The position numbers were made by a program, and so were the translations under genes. This document shows positions 18,583 through 28,832 of a stretch of 62,962 nt of DNA, one piece after another; position 1 is the stretch's first letter, and each line of letters opens with the position of its first letter. The DNA is taken from assembly GCA_903994795.1 (NCBI GenBank), contig CAJEYI010000001.1:1-62962 (forward strand). Direction: 5' to 3'. Below the pieces are notes generated by a model that did no database searches, had not been told where the DNA came from, and saw only the letters and a program-made list of their open reading frames with translations. The DNA comes from an uncultured bacterium (GTDB lineage: Bacteria > Patescibacteriota > Minisyncoccia > Phycocordibacterales > Phycocordibacteraceae).

Positions 18583-20955
18583 ATTCGATTTTTGAATAAG
18601 CACGTTCGTACCGAGCCCCGTGATGTCTACAGGGAGCATAAGTGGAGTCTCTGTGCGACTTGGAATGCTTGAGACAGGTAAGACTTTGAGTCCAGATTTC
18701 ATAGTCGCAGTAGTCGGGATATTTGAGTACTCAGCACTAATGCTTTGTGTACCTTGCGAGTTGGTCGACCCGATATCTAGGAAGGTTAATCCGGGTTCGT
18801 ATCCTTGTAGAGAAATTGTGTATGGTTGTCCCGTTGGAAGGTACACCTGCTTCTCGTCACCATGTACTTGCACAGAGCTTCCTGGAATCGATTCTTTTTT
18901 GTAATACACGTCAGTAGTTCCAGGCACTGGGAATATGCCACTCTGATTTCCACTCGCATCAGTCGCAATAATATTTGCAGATGCACCTACTGTCGCGGTC
19001 ATCATCAGTGGTAGTGATGAAGAAGGAAGGCTTGTGCTTATGAACGGACTCAGGACTGGTTTGTGTTCGAGCATATCTTGTAGTACAAGTTGAATTGGAA
19101 TCGCTGACGTAATATTTCCATGACCAATTTGTCCAAGTCGCGCGGATGCAAAGGCTTGCGCATTGAAATAATATTTTTCAGACGAGCTAGCGGTTACGCT
19201 TCTCGTAAGGACAGTATCGTCTCCATCAAAAGAATTTATTACAGCATGACTTGCCACATATGTGCTGCTACAGAATTTAGAGAATAGTGGAGGAAGTATA
19301 CATTTTGCATTTTTAATAATCGAAGCAGAATACGAATACTGGATTGGCGTCGGATTACCCCAGCCCGCAATGGTCGAGATAAGAATAGTTGGTGGTGGTT
19401 GCCATGAGTCGAGTAGTGCGTGTGTTGCATTTTCTTTGACGAGTAATTGTCCAGATAAAGGGATGGGTACACGCAAGTCGAATGAGGAAAAATTTCTTGT
19501 AATATTTGCAGAGTCAGTCACGAAGCGTACAAAGTCGGCGAATGACTTTGTTGCGCTCCCATACGTGTTTGTAAAAATATTTGTTGTTGCGGTTCCTGGA
19601 AACAATACTGGAAAGTTGCTTTCAAAAAAGTATGAACTTGATGGAAGTAGTCCATACATACCTGGAAGTGTTTTGGAAACTTCGCGAACTGTTCCTCCGT
19701 ACATAATGATTCCACCAGCGGCATCTGTCTGCCCGTCTCCATTTAGGAGAGCGCCAATACTTAATGGTGTGCCTAGTTGAGGGCTTGCGATTAGTGCAAT
19801 GCGGTCGATTAAATTTAGCCTACGTTCTTTTTGTAATTCTATGGCGAGTGCTTTCGCAAGAAGTCCTCCATTTGAATGGGCAATGATTGTGACTTGTCCT
19901 GATGGAGAAGTTGAGGCAAGATTTTGAATAACGTCTTGCAAAAAGACACGTGATATTTTCCCTGTAGGATTTCCGACAAGTGTACCGTTTTGGATAATGT
20001 CCTGAACATCGTATCTCCAGTCGTACGGATATGCTTGCCATCTTGAAATTATTTTCTTCGACACAAGCCCGTCCATGAATTTCTCGAACGGCCCGTAGAC
20101 GTCACCGAGTTTCTGAAGTCCATACTTGTAGTCAACCAAGTCTCTTGTGTAGATTAGTTTTTGACTTGTGCCGTTGGCATTAAGTACTAGGTTTAGTAAG
20201 CTCAGTGCACCCGAAGGTTCCCAGACGTTATTTTCTATTCCGAACGCATTTCTCATATAGAGGCGACTACCTTCGATGCCAGGCAGGAAGAGCACATTCG
20301 ATGTTCGCACTGGAACGGAATTTGTCAGCACATTGAATCGAACTCCTCCGAACGCTGTCGGTAAGTATGGGAATGGGTCAGGCGCATCAAGTGGGAACGT
20401 GAAGTAGCTCCACATTTGCTCCAGCGTGTATGGAGGTGCGCAATCAATTTCCCAATTGGGATTGTTTGGGCACGATGCGTGTGGATCGATATACATACTG
20501 TCAGGAATCGCGACGACAAAGAAGTACGAATCTGCCTTTGGAAATGTCGCCAGCACTTGTCCTGAAACAGTTCTCGAAACTTCCCATGATTGAACAAGGT
20601 GGGCCGTGGTCGAGAATGGAGAACCTTCCCAAAGCGAAATAAAAATACGAGACTCTTTTATTGTCTGATCAAACGCACTCGCGTTATCTTTTGAGGAAAG
20701 GTTCGGGTTCGGCCAGGTTGGAATATTGCTAAATTCATACGTAATGGGCACAAGGTCTTCTGTCGGTATGGTGATATTGCTGGTACTGGAAGCTGCAATG
20801 CTGATGCCTGATATCTTAAGACTAAGCTTGAGTTGTTGAATACTTTCAAACGTAGGCGGTGTATATGGTGGAGCTACTAAGTCCGCATGAACAAGGCCTG
20901 GTGAATAAAATAAGCTTATAAATAGGAAAACAATCGTGTTGGGTATCTTTTGCAT
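18577..20955 (-). CDS. secreted LCAT/PGAP1-like alpha/beta-hydrolase (lipase/acyltransferase), 792 aa
   Basis: Signal peptide, the YPYDWRYD motif, and the nucleophile elbow IIAHSNGG. Confidence 0.65.
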   Translation of the reverse strand: MQKIPNTIVFLFISLFYSPGLVHADLVAPPYTPPTFESIQQLKLSLKISGISIAASSTSNITIPTEDLVPITYEFSNIPTWPNPNLSSKDNASAFDQTIKESRIFISLWEGSPFSTTAHLVQSWEVSRTVSGQVLATFPKADSYFFVVAIPDSMYIDPHASCPNNPNWEIDCAPPYTLEQMWSYFTFPLDAPDPFPYLPTAFGGVRFNVLTNSVPVRTSNVLFLPGIEGSRLYMRNAFGIENNVWEPSGALSLLNLVLNANGTSQKLIYTRDLVDYKYGLQKLGDVYGPFEKFMDGLVSKKIISRWQAYPYDWRYDVQDIIQNGTLVGNPTGKISRVFLQDVIQNLASTSPSGQVTIIAHSNGGLLAKALAIELQKERRLNLIDRIALIASPQLGTPLSIGALLNGDGQTDAAGGIIMYGGTVREVSKTLPGMYGLLPSSSYFFESNFPVLFPGTATTNIFTNTYGSATKSFADFVRFVTDSANITRNFSSFDLRVPIPLSGQLLVKENATHALLDSWQPPPTILISTIAGWGNPTPIQYSYSASIIKNAKCILPPLFSKFCSSTYVASHAVINSFDGDDTVLTRSVTASSSEKYYFNAQAFASARLGQIGHGNITSAIPIQLVLQDMLEHKPVLSPFISTSLPSSSLPLMMTATVGASANIIATDASGNQSGIFPVPGTTDVYYKKESIPGSSVQVHGDEKQVYLPTGQPYTISLQGYEPGLTFLDIGSTNSQGTQSISAEYSNIPTTATMKSGLKVLPVSSIPSRTETPLMLPVDITGLGTNVLIQKSNR

Positions 20956-21057
20956 GCTACTATCGTAGCTAATTAGGTATGAAATAAAGCTAAAGCAGTT
21001 CTAAAGTTTTTCTGAGTTTTGGACTTTTTATATTTTTGGGTGCTTATAATTAGATAT

Positions 21058-21402
21058 ATGCAAATACCACATAAACTTGTATTGCTAGTTGTCACTGTAA
21101 GCACGATCTTCTTTGTTGCGGGATTATTTCTGTCAGCGCATGCAGAATCAAATAAAGGTGAGGTGGTTAGCGATTCTGTCGCCTCCAGCACTCCTGCCCA
21201 CTCACATGAACATCACAGACATAAATCAGATATACTTCATTTGGATAAAGATAGGGCTTCAGAATACAAGACAGTTAATCCTAGCTACTATGAGCACTCT
21301 GGGGTACTGGGTGGCTCAGCCGCACTTTTGGTGATTATTCTGCTGGGCTGGGTTTACCATCAAAATCACGAACATGATAAGAGGACCAGGCAAGATGATT
21401 GA
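21058..21402 (+). CDS. His-rich secreted/C-terminally anchored small protein
   Basis: Signal-like N-terminus ending in [11 protein letters not shown], and a C-terminal TM plus charged tail. TATAAT (21045-21050) lies 7 nt before the ATG. Confidence 0.45.
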   Translation: MQIPHKLVLLVVTVSTIFFVAGLFLSAHAESNKGEVVSDSVASSTPAHSHEHHRHKSDILHLDKDRASEYKTVNPSYYEHSGVLGGSAALLVIILLGWVYHQNHEHDKRTRQDD

Positions 21403-21419
21403 GAAAGGGCCAAAGAGTT

Positions 21420-21448
21420 TGCATTTATACGCGGTATCTTATATAGTC
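21420..21448 (+). promoter_or_regulatory. candidate str-operon promoter
   Basis: TTGCAT, 17 nt, TATAGT. Followed by a small hairpin (21461-21476) and a U-rich tract before rpsL. Confidence 0.5.
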
Positions 21449-21502
21449 TCTAAAGCTCATCCAGAGGTATCTGGAGGGTTTTCGTTTCGACAAAACAGCC
21501 AT

Positions 21503-21910
21503 ATGGCAACAATCAACCAACTTACAAAAACACGTCGCAAAGATAAGTCCCGCAAAACAAAGGTGGTGGCTCTTTCTCGTGGCTTCAACGCCCTTAAGAA
21601 CCGACCTACGTTCTACGCGTCACCATTCAAGCGTGGTGTTTGTACAAAGGTAACAACGAAAACTCCTCGCAAGCCTAACTCTGCTATTCGAAAGATCGCC
21701 CGCGTACGTCTTACAAACGGCATGGAAGTAACTGCATATATCCCAGGAGAAGGTCACAACCTCCAGGAACACTCAGTGGTTATGCTCCGCGGTGGTCGCG
21801 TGAAGGATATTGGTGTTCAGTACACCGTAGTTCGAGGTCGTCTCGATACTGCAGGGCTTGATAAGCGCCGACGCAGCCGTTCTCGTTACGGAGCTAAGAA
21901 GCCTAAATAG
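21503..21910 (+). CDS. rpsL: 30S ribosomal protein S12
   Basis: MATINQL...PNSAIRK...GGRVKD. The ORF-track start at 21374 is rejected. Confidence 0.95.
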   Translation: MATINQLTKTRRKDKSRKTKVVALSRGFNALKNRPTFYASPFKRGVCTKVTTKTPRKPNSAIRKIARVRLTNGMEVTAYIPGEGHNLQEHSVVMLRGGRVKDIGVQYTVVRGRLDTAGLDKRRRSRSRYGAKKPK

Positions 21911-21938
21911 TCATATTTTATAATATTAAATAACTCCT

Positions 21939-22409
21939 ATGCGCCGCCCTATTAAAAACAAGCCAGTTCGCCGCCCTGACCTCGTGTACCAGTCTGAGGC
22001 TGTATCTCGATTCATCAACACTGTTATGTGGGATGGAAAGAAGGATGTTGCCCGAAAGGTTGTATACGATGCAATGGATCTTCTCAAGAATAGCGAGGGA
22101 AATCCTGATGCTCTAGAGACTTTTGAGACTGCGATCCGAAATGTGGCTCCACTTATGGAAGTTCGTTCACGGCGTGTGGGAGGTGCAAACTACCAGGTAC
22201 CTCGTGAGGTTCCTCAGCAGCGCCGAATTGCACTTGCATACCGATGGCTTATCAATGCTGCTCGAAACAAGAAGGGAAAGCCAATGGCTCAGAAACTAGC
22301 AGAGCAGATTCTACTTGCAGCAAAGAACGAAGGTGAGGCAATCAAGAAGAAGGAAGATATGCACCGCATGGCGGAAAGCAACAAGGCATTCGCTCACTTT
22401 GCTTGGTAG
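21939..22409 (+). CDS. rpsG: 30S ribosomal protein S7
   Basis: Conserved S7 pattern (VEVRSRRVGGANYQVP) with a C-terminal HFAW. Confidence 0.95.
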   Translation: MRRPIKNKPVRRPDLVYQSEAVSRFINTVMWDGKKDVARKVVYDAMDLLKNSEGNPDALETFETAIRNVAPLMEVRSRRVGGANYQVPREVPQQRRIALAYRWLINAARNKKGKPMAQKLAEQILLAAKNEGEAIKKKEDMHRMAESNKAFAHFAW

Positions 22410-22437
22410 AGTACGTCCCAAAAATTCAAAAATAAGA

Positions 22438-22475
22438 AAAGCAAAAAGACTTCCGAATGGAAGTCTTTTTGCTTT
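22438..22475 (+). terminator. intrinsic terminator after rpsG
   Basis: 17-bp stem AAAGCAAAAAGACTTCC/GGAAGTCTTTTTGCTTT. Confidence 0.8.
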
Positions 22476-22548
22476 GGCATGTAACAAATACTTTACTTCA
22501 TCAGTATAATAAGTTGAGGCAACGAAAGTTGCTTTCGCTCTTTGGCGC

Positions 22549-22755
22549 ATGCGCGTCGTAACTAATGGTGCACAAGTGGTTGATTCAGTTACCAATACTG
22601 AACCGAAACAATCAGGGGATTCTGAAAAGAAACCCGGAAGTCTGGTTCAGGAAGTTCCACACCCCTTCGAGGATCTCAAAAAGGGCGATTATGAGATGAT
22701 TTTAGGAGATAGTGATCCGCGTGCTCTGATATCCCCTCTAGATTGCCTGGTCTAA
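22549..22755 (+). CDS. hypothetical small protein (68 aa)
   Basis: ORF followed by its own terminator (CCCCGCG/CGCGGGG at 22766-22794, then a T run). Confidence 0.35.
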   Translation: MRVVTNGAQVVDSVTNTEPKQSGDSEKKPGSLVQEVPHPFEDLKKGDYEMILGDSDPRALISPLDCLV

Positions 22756-22826
22756 ATCACCAAGTCCCCGCGTTGCCTCTATGGCTGCGCGGGGCTCGAT
22801 TTTTATTCGAGAGTCTCATATACTGT

Positions 22827-23177
22827 ATGGACAGGGAATATTATTCTTTTATTTTAATGATTATGGAAGAAATGAAACACGGAGAAAGTATTATGGACAA
22901 ATTGCCTCACATGCACAACCATGAAGGACCAATGGGAGCTTTAAAGGGTATGCTTTGGCAGAATAATTGGAAGTCACCAGTGGCTCTCGGAATTTTCCTA
23001 GCAACATCAATGTTTGGTCTCGTAATGCTTATGTACGCGCTAAACCTTGCAGCAGCAGCAGTTCAGGCAATGCGTCCAGAACAGCAAAGCCAGGGACTAT
23101 CACAGCAACAGCTTCAGCAGATGATGCAGCAGCAAGCTCCTGCAACTTCAGGCGCTTCAGCAGGTGCAACTCAGTAA
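22827..23177 (+). CDS. hypothetical membrane protein with a Gln-rich tail
   Basis: One TM (ALGIFLATSMFGLVMLMYAL) and a QQQLQQMMQQQ tail. The start is uncertain (22827, 22857 or 22872). Confidence 0.4.
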   Translation: MDREYYSFILMIMEEMKHGESIMDKLPHMHNHEGPMGALKGMLWQNNWKSPVALGIFLATSMFGLVMLMYALNLAAAAVQAMRPEQQSQGLSQQQLQQMMQQQAPATSGASAGATQ

Positions 23178-23198
23178 ACTCAGGGAATTAAAGAAAAC

Positions 23199-23229
23199 GA
23201 ACAAAACCGCCTCAAAAGCGGTTTTGTTT
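23199..23229. terminator. bidirectional terminator
   Basis: AACAAAACCGC/GCGGTTTTGTT stem with A/T runs on both sides. Confidence 0.7.
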
Positions 23230-23747
23230 TGTATATATAAAGTAGTCGGCGTCGCCCCAGCCTTAGCTAGAACGACGCCGTGGCGGTCTCAGGATCCATC
23301 AAGATCCTATATGCCGTCATAAGGCAAAATGTTTGCCATGTATTCACCTCCTTTCTATCGTGACTAAGCTTCGTAGCTCAGTCGTTCGTGTCCGGGTTTT
23401 GATCCGGGCGCGGGGTGGGCAGTTCATCATCCTCATAGCCGTTTGGCAAGTGGACTCCTTTCCGTCAGCAATGTCTGACCCAAATATGCTAGCACAAATA
23501 CTAAAATGTAGCAGGAGGATGGGTATTCCTCGAGTAACGCAGTACCGAAGGCGGAGCATTTTGATTGGAGTTGCGCGACAATCTTAAAATGCGACTGGGC
23601 CGTGCCTCGGGACGAGTAACACCGAGGACATACCCAACTCCCTGTCTCGTATTGCGTTTTAGCCTATTTATCAGTATTCTGTAGAAAACGCTCTGGCGGC
23701 TTTTATTTTATTTACTCAGCCAAATAGTAACCATTACTTATTACTTT

Positions 23748-25895
23748 ATGAACCGTGACTATCCTCTAGAGAAAGTGCGAAACTTCGGAATTGTGGCCCA
23801 TGTGGATGCAGGAAAGACAACAACGTCTGAACGCGTGCTTTTCTACACAGGCTCACAGCACAAGATAGGTGAGGTGCACGAGGGAGAGACAACCACAGAC
23901 TGGATGGAGCAGGAGCGAGAGCGCGGTATCACTATTACTGCAGCTGCTATTACTTGTTTCTGGACCAAGTCTCAGGAACCAGACAAGAAAGACACTGCCA
24001 AGAAGTACCGATTCAACGTGATCGACACTCCAGGACACATCGACTTCACAGCTGAGGTGAAGCGCTCTATGCGTGTGCTCGACGGAGCTATTGTGGTATT
24101 TGACGGTGTTGCTGGAGTAGAGCCACAGTCTGAGACTAACTGGCGCTATGCTGACGAAGCTGGTGTACCTCGCGTATGTTTCATCAACAAGCTCGACCGA
24201 ACAGGTGCGTCATTTGAGGACTCGTACCAGTCAATCCTTGACCGTCTTTCAAAGAAGGCAGTTCGCGCGCAGATCCCAATGGGAGCAGAGGGTGATTTCG
24301 AAGGAGTGGTAGACCTTCTCTCAATGAAGTCATACACATTCACAGGAAACATGGGTGAGAACGTTATTGAGGGTGAAGTACCAGCTGAATATCTCGAAGA
24401 GGCTAAGAAGTACCGTGCAGAGCTCGTAGAGCGAATTGTGGAACACGATGAAGAACAGCTCGCCGCCTTCTTCGAAGGAAATGAACCATCTCTTGCAGAT
24501 CTAAAGAAAACTCTCCGAAAGGCAGTTATTGCAAATGAAATTTTCCCTGTATACACAGGTTCTGCACTTAAGAACAAGGGTGTACAGCTCGTACTCGATG
24601 CAGTTGTGGACTACCTTCCATCTCCACTCGATCTTCCAGCAGTAAAGGGTATCAATCCTAAGACTGGTGAAGAAGTAGAGCGAATGCCTTCAGATGAAGA
24701 GCCATTCACAGCACTCGCCTTCAAGCTTCAGACCGATCCATTCGTGGGAGCTCTTACGTTCTTCCGTGTGTACGCAGGAACAGTATCTGCAGGTTCATAC
24801 ATCTACAACGCCAATACTGGCACAAAGGAGCGCGTAGGACGTATTGTGCGACTTCAGGCTGATAAGCGCGAAGAAGTGGATCAGGTGTTCACGGGAGAAA
24901 TTGCCTCATTTGTTGGTCTTAAGGACACAAAGACTTCTCACACACTCTGTGACGAGGCAAATCCAATCATTCTTGAACAGATTAAGTTCCCAGAGCCAGT
25001 GGTATCTCTCCGAATCGAGCCAAAGACAAAGGCTGACCAGGAAAAGATGGGTATCGCGCTTCGAAAACTTTCTGATGAAGACCCAACATTTAAAATCACT
25101 TCTGACGAGGAAACAGCTGAGACAATTATCTCAGGAATGGGCGAGCTTCACCTCGAAATTCTTGTGGATCGTATGCAGCGCGAGTTCAATGTCGGAGCAA
25201 ACGTAGGAAAGCCACAGGTGGCATACCGCGAGACAATTATGGGAAGTGCAGATGTAGAAGGAAAGTACATCAAGCAGTCTGGAGGTAAGGGTCAGTACGG
25301 TCACGTGAAGATCAAGATGAAACGAATGGAGCCAGTTGATCCAGAAGCTAAGGTCGCAAAGAACGTTACGCGTGATTCAAACTTCGAATTCATCAACAAC
25401 ATCAAAGGAGGTGCTATTCCAGGTGAATACATCCCAGCTGTTGAAAAGGGAATGCGTGAATCAATGCACCGAGGTGTCCTTGCAGGATTCCCAATCGTTG
25501 AAATCTCAATCGAGTTGTATGACGGTTCATACCACGATGTGGACTCTTCAGAAATCGCCTTCAAGATCGCTGCATCTATGGCATTTGCCGAAGCAGCAGC
25601 AAAGGCGAAACCAGTTATTCTCGAGCCTATTATGCGCGTAGAAGTAGTTATTCCTGAACAGTTCCTTGGAGACATCACAGGTTCTCTCTCAGGAAAGCGT
25701 GGATCTATTGATGCTATGGAGGAACGAGGCATGAATAAGGTTGTAAATGCTAAGGTTCCGCTATCTGAAATGTTCGGATACACCACAACTCTTCGTTCTA
25801 TGACAGAAGGTCGTGGATCTATGACAATGGAATTCGATCATTACGAAGTTGTTCCAAACAATGTTGCTCAGGAAATTATCGCAAGCAGGAAGTAA
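23748..25895 (+). CDS. fusA: elongation factor G
   Basis: Motifs [14 protein letters not shown] and NKLD. Full-length EF-G domains. Confidence 0.97.
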   Translation: MNRDYPLEKVRNFGIVAHVDAGKTTTSERVLFYTGSQHKIGEVHEGETTTDWMEQERERGITITAAAITCFWTKSQEPDKKDTAKKYRFNVIDTPGHIDFTAEVKRSMRVLDGAIVVFDGVAGVEPQSETNWRYADEAGVPRVCFINKLDRTGASFEDSYQSILDRLSKKAVRAQIPMGAEGDFEGVVDLLSMKSYTFTGNMGENVIEGEVPAEYLEEAKKYRAELVERIVEHDEEQLAAFFEGNEPSLADLKKTLRKAVIANEIFPVYTGSALKNKGVQLVLDAVVDYLPSPLDLPAVKGINPKTGEEVERMPSDEEPFTALAFKLQTDPFVGALTFFRVYAGTVSAGSYIYNANTGTKERVGRIVRLQADKREEVDQVFTGEIASFVGLKDTKTSHTLCDEANPIILEQIKFPEPVVSLRIEPKTKADQEKMGIALRKLSDEDPTFKITSDEETAETIISGMGELHLEILVDRMQREFNVGANVGKPQVAYRETIMGSADVEGKYIKQSGGKGQYGHVKIKMKRMEPVDPEAKVAKNVTRDSNFEFINNIKGGAIPGEYIPAVEKGMRESMHRGVLAGFPIVEISIELYDGSYHDVDSSEIAFKIAASMAFAEAAAKAKPVILEPIMRVEVVIPEQFLGDITGSLSGKRGSIDAMEERGMNKVVNAKVPLSEMFGYTTTLRSMTEGRGSMTMEFDHYEVVPNNVAQEIIASRK

Positions 25896-25913
25896 TTTAA
25901 GAAAATTAGAGGA

Positions 25914-25948
25914 AAGCAAAAATCCCATTTTAAATGGGATTTTTGCTT
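25914..25948 (+). terminator. intrinsic terminator after fusA
   Basis: 16-bp stem AAGCAAAAATCCCATT/AATGGGATTTTTGCTT. Confidence 0.75.
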
Positions 25949-25981
25949 ATATAAAACCCAAATACTTGCTATGCTAGAGGT

Positions 25982-26869
25982 ATGTCAGCTGAACAGCCTT
26001 CACAGCCAAGGAAAGAAGTCTTGTCTTACGTTCCTGAAGACGTGCAGACAATTGATTGGACAGAAGTTGGGCAAATAGAAGATAACGAAACTGAAGAGTT
26101 CTTGGCACATAAGGCAGTAGTAAATACTCGCGAAAGTATTGAGTACGAAGATGCAATAAAAGAACCAGAATCAGTGAAAATCCAGACTGAAGAGAATTTG
26201 AAACAAGTACTCGCTAGACTGGAAGAGAATAAAATTAAGTGGGGGAGTACTGAGATAAATCCAAAAGAACCAGATTTAGTGCTAAAAGAAACCGTCCCAG
26301 CAACTCCTGAAAAGACTACCTTAGGTTCTGAGACAGTTGAAACACCAAAAGAAGCAGTAGGTTTGGAGATAGTAGAGAGTAAGGAACATCATGAGGCCCA
26401 TGAGCATCCAAAAGATAGCGCTACTGAGAAAGTGAAAGAACCAGAAATTACAGTGCACGCAAAAGAGGTTGAATCTCATAAGGAAAAACCCCACGTCGCT
26501 GGAGGTCATGGGCATGACGAGAAAAAGACAAAGCCTTGGGGACTTAAAGACTGGGGAACCACAGCTGGTGCAGTTCTTGGTGGATTCGGTGTTGGAGCGG
26601 CTCTTACATTGTGGGGTGCGCCCGCCCTTACATCGTTCATTGGTATCCAAACAACCATCGTTAGTTCTTTGGCTACAGTTGGGCTAACTGGGTTCATTTG
26701 GGCGGGTTTAGGGGCAACAGCAGTGTTAGGATTTTTGTTTATGATTGGAAAGGCAATATATGATGAACGCGGAAAATTCCCCGGTATGAGTTTTCTTGGT
26801 GGCGGAGGAGGAAGTCATACGTCAGCACCTAAAAAAGCTGCTGCTGCTCCGGCAGCTCACGGACACTAA
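25982..26869 (+). CDS. hypothetical membrane protein with an acidic/His-rich N-terminal half
   Basis: Glu/Lys/His-rich region (HHEAHEHP, GGHGHDE), then Gly-rich TM segments. Inserted between fusA and tuf. Confidence 0.5.
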   Translation: MSAEQPSQPRKEVLSYVPEDVQTIDWTEVGQIEDNETEEFLAHKAVVNTRESIEYEDAIKEPESVKIQTEENLKQVLARLEENKIKWGSTEINPKEPDLVLKETVPATPEKTTLGSETVETPKEAVGLEIVESKEHHEAHEHPKDSATEKVKEPEITVHAKEVESHKEKPHVAGGHGHDEKKTKPWGLKDWGTTAGAVLGGFGVGAALTLWGAPALTSFIGIQTTIVSSLATVGLTGFIWAGLGATAVLGFLFMIGKAIYDERGKFPGMSFLGGGGGSHTSAPKKAAAAPAAHGH

Positions 26870-27073
26870 ATTACTTGACCTTTCAAGTCGCGCGCGGTAC
26901 CTTTACCTATAACGCGAGAACTGCGTTCTTTTTGTCGTCTACGGTAGTAAAGGGCAAAAGGAATGCGCGCCGCGGCAAGTCATCGTCACACGTCTTGGTC
27001 ACCTGTCGCCATTTTCGGATCGCAGGCAGGCGCGGCGATTTCCTTATTAATCTACCCGTAATTTTACAACTAT

Positions 27074-28279
27074 ATGGCAGCAGAAGCTTTTGATCGCAGC
27101 AAGCCGCACATGAACGTAGGAACCATCGGTCACGTTGACCATGGAAAGACTACGCTCACAGCGGGAATTCTTAATGTTCTCAACCTCAACACTGGTCTTG
27201 GATACAAGGCTCGTGCAGAGAACGTCGATAACATCGACAACGCTCCTGAGGAAAAGGCTCGCGGTATTACTATCGCACTTCACCACTCAGAGTACGAGAC
27301 ACCAAATCGTCACTACGCTCACATTGATGCACCAGGCCACGCCGACTACATCAAGAACATGATTACAGGAGCTGCCCAGATGGACGGCGCCGTACTCGTG
27401 GTTGCAGCAACTGATGGTGCTATGCCTCAGACACGTGAGCACATCCTTCTTGCAAAGCAGGTTGGTGTGCCCCGCCTCATTGTCTTCTTGAACAAAGTAG
27501 ACATGGTAGATGACCAGGACATGGTTGACCTCGTTGAGGAAGAAATCCGTGAACTTCTAACCAAGCAGGGATTTGACGGTGCAGCGACTCCAGTTATCAA
27601 GGGATCAGGACTTAAGGCTCTCGAGGCTACTTCAGCTGAGGACCCATGGGCTCTAAAGGTTAAGGAACTTGTGGACACTATGGACACATACTTCCCACAG
27701 CCAGAGCGTGACCTCGACAAGCCATTCCTTATGCCTATCGAAGACATCTTCTCAATTGAAGGTCGCGGAACAGTTATCACTGGCCGTATCGAGCGAGGTA
27801 TCATCAAGGTTGGTGATGAAGTAGAAATCGTTGGTCTTCACCCTACAGCTAAGACAACTGTTACTGGTATTGAAATGTTCAATAAGCAGCTTCAGGAAGG
27901 TCAGGCAGGTGACAACGCAGGTATTCTTCTCCGAGGTACAAAGAAAGAAGATGTACACCGTGGACAGGTTCTTGCAAAGACAGGTTCTGTAACTCCGCAC
28001 ACAGAGTTCGAAGCGGAGGTATACATCCTCTCTAAGGACGAAGGCGGACGACACACTCCTTTCTTCTCAGGATATAAGCCTCAGTTCTACATCCGAACCA
28101 CTGACGTTACAGGTGAAGTTACTCTTCCAGATGGAAAGGAAATGGTTATGCCAGGTGACACTGTTACCTTCAAGGTAAAGCTCACAGCTCCTATCGCTCT
28201 TGAGGACAATACTCGCTTCTCAGTTCGTGAAGGTGGAAAGACTGTTGGTGCGGGTGTTGTTACAAAGATCACTGCGTAA
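27074..28279 (+). CDS. tuf: elongation factor Tu
   Basis: Motifs [14 protein letters not shown] and NKVD. Confidence 0.98.
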   Translation: MAAEAFDRSKPHMNVGTIGHVDHGKTTLTAGILNVLNLNTGLGYKARAENVDNIDNAPEEKARGITIALHHSEYETPNRHYAHIDAPGHADYIKNMITGAAQMDGAVLVVAATDGAMPQTREHILLAKQVGVPRLIVFLNKVDMVDDQDMVDLVEEEIRELLTKQGFDGAATPVIKGSGLKALEATSAEDPWALKVKELVDTMDTYFPQPERDLDKPFLMPIEDIFSIEGRGTVITGRIERGIIKVGDEVEIVGLHPTAKTTVTGIEMFNKQLQEGQAGDNAGILLRGTKKEDVHRGQVLAKTGSVTPHTEFEAEVYILSKDEGGRHTPFFSGYKPQFYIRTTDVTGEVTLPDGKEMVMPGDTVTFKVKLTAPIALEDNTRFSVREGGKTVGAGVVTKITA

Positions 28280-28303
28280 GCAATCATTCCTAATCTTTTA
28301 CTC

Positions 28304-28660
28304 ATGGCAACTGCAACCAAAAAGACAACAAAGAAAGAGGCAACAGCTCCAGCGGAGCCAAAGCTTCGGATTCGGGTGCGTGCCTATGAGCACAAGATCC
28401 TCGATCTCTCTGTGAAGCAAATCATGGACACAGCTAATCGCTTCGATGCGAAAATTGTGGGCCCAGTACCGCTTCCAACAGAAATCAAGCGCTGGACAGT
28501 GAACCGATCGACATTCATCGATAAGGATTCACGCGAACAGTTCGAAATGCGTATTCACAAGCGCCTCATTGATATCATGAGTCCATCAGGAAAGGTGATT
28601 GAGGCTCTCACGAATCTCAACCTCCCATCCGGTGTGACTATTGACGTGAAGATGGTGTAA
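28304..28660 (+). CDS. rpsJ: 30S ribosomal protein S10
   Basis: Motifs RIRVRAYEHKILD and GPVPLPT. Confidence 0.95.
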   Translation: MATATKKTTKKEATAPAEPKLRIRVRAYEHKILDLSVKQIMDTANRFDAKIVGPVPLPTEIKRWTVNRSTFIDKDSREQFEMRIHKRLIDIMSPSGKVIEALTNLNLPSGVTIDVKMV

Positions 28661-28680
28661 GCTTGTAGTAATACAATATT

Positions 28681-28710
28681 AGAAAAACCGCCTATTTGGG
28701 CGGTTTTTCT
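28681..28710 (+). terminator. intrinsic terminator after rpsJ
   Basis: AGAAAAACCGCC/GGCGGTTTTTCT stem. Confidence 0.8.
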
Positions 28711-28832
28711 AATATATTTATAAAACTTATGCACCTCTCGGGATTCAGACGTATGAAAGGCGTGCTATAAAGAGGGTGGGATGTACCCGAATTACAAATT
28801 GACTTATTCATCAAATTTATAAAAACTTCTTT

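Noticed and set aside
21374-21502. N-terminal extensions suggested by the ORF track for rpsL (21374), rplV (34097), rplX (36702), rpsN (39673), rpsE (41282), rplO (41964), adk (44335), the comEC-MBL ORF (16001) and the NUDIX gene (49823).
   Set aside because: The extensions overlap the preceding gene or a promoter, and the conserved protein N-termini begin at internal ATGs.
23230-23747. The orphan GC-rich region as RNase P RNA, SRP RNA or a 16S fragment.
   Set aside because: GACGGAAAGGAGUCC only loosely resembles the RNase P CR-I motif GAGGAAAGUCC. The potential P4 partner is about 55 nt away and pairs over only 4 bp. No SRP GGAA/AGCA motifs are present. The CACCUCCUUUC string matches only the last 11 nt of 16S. 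No known family is supported by eye.
26875-27093. A 72-aa ORF (TTG start) upstream of and overlapping the tuf start.
   Set aside because: The product is Arg-rich and low-complexity, and the ORF overlaps the tuf initiation region. The segment is better explained as a GC-rich structured leader.
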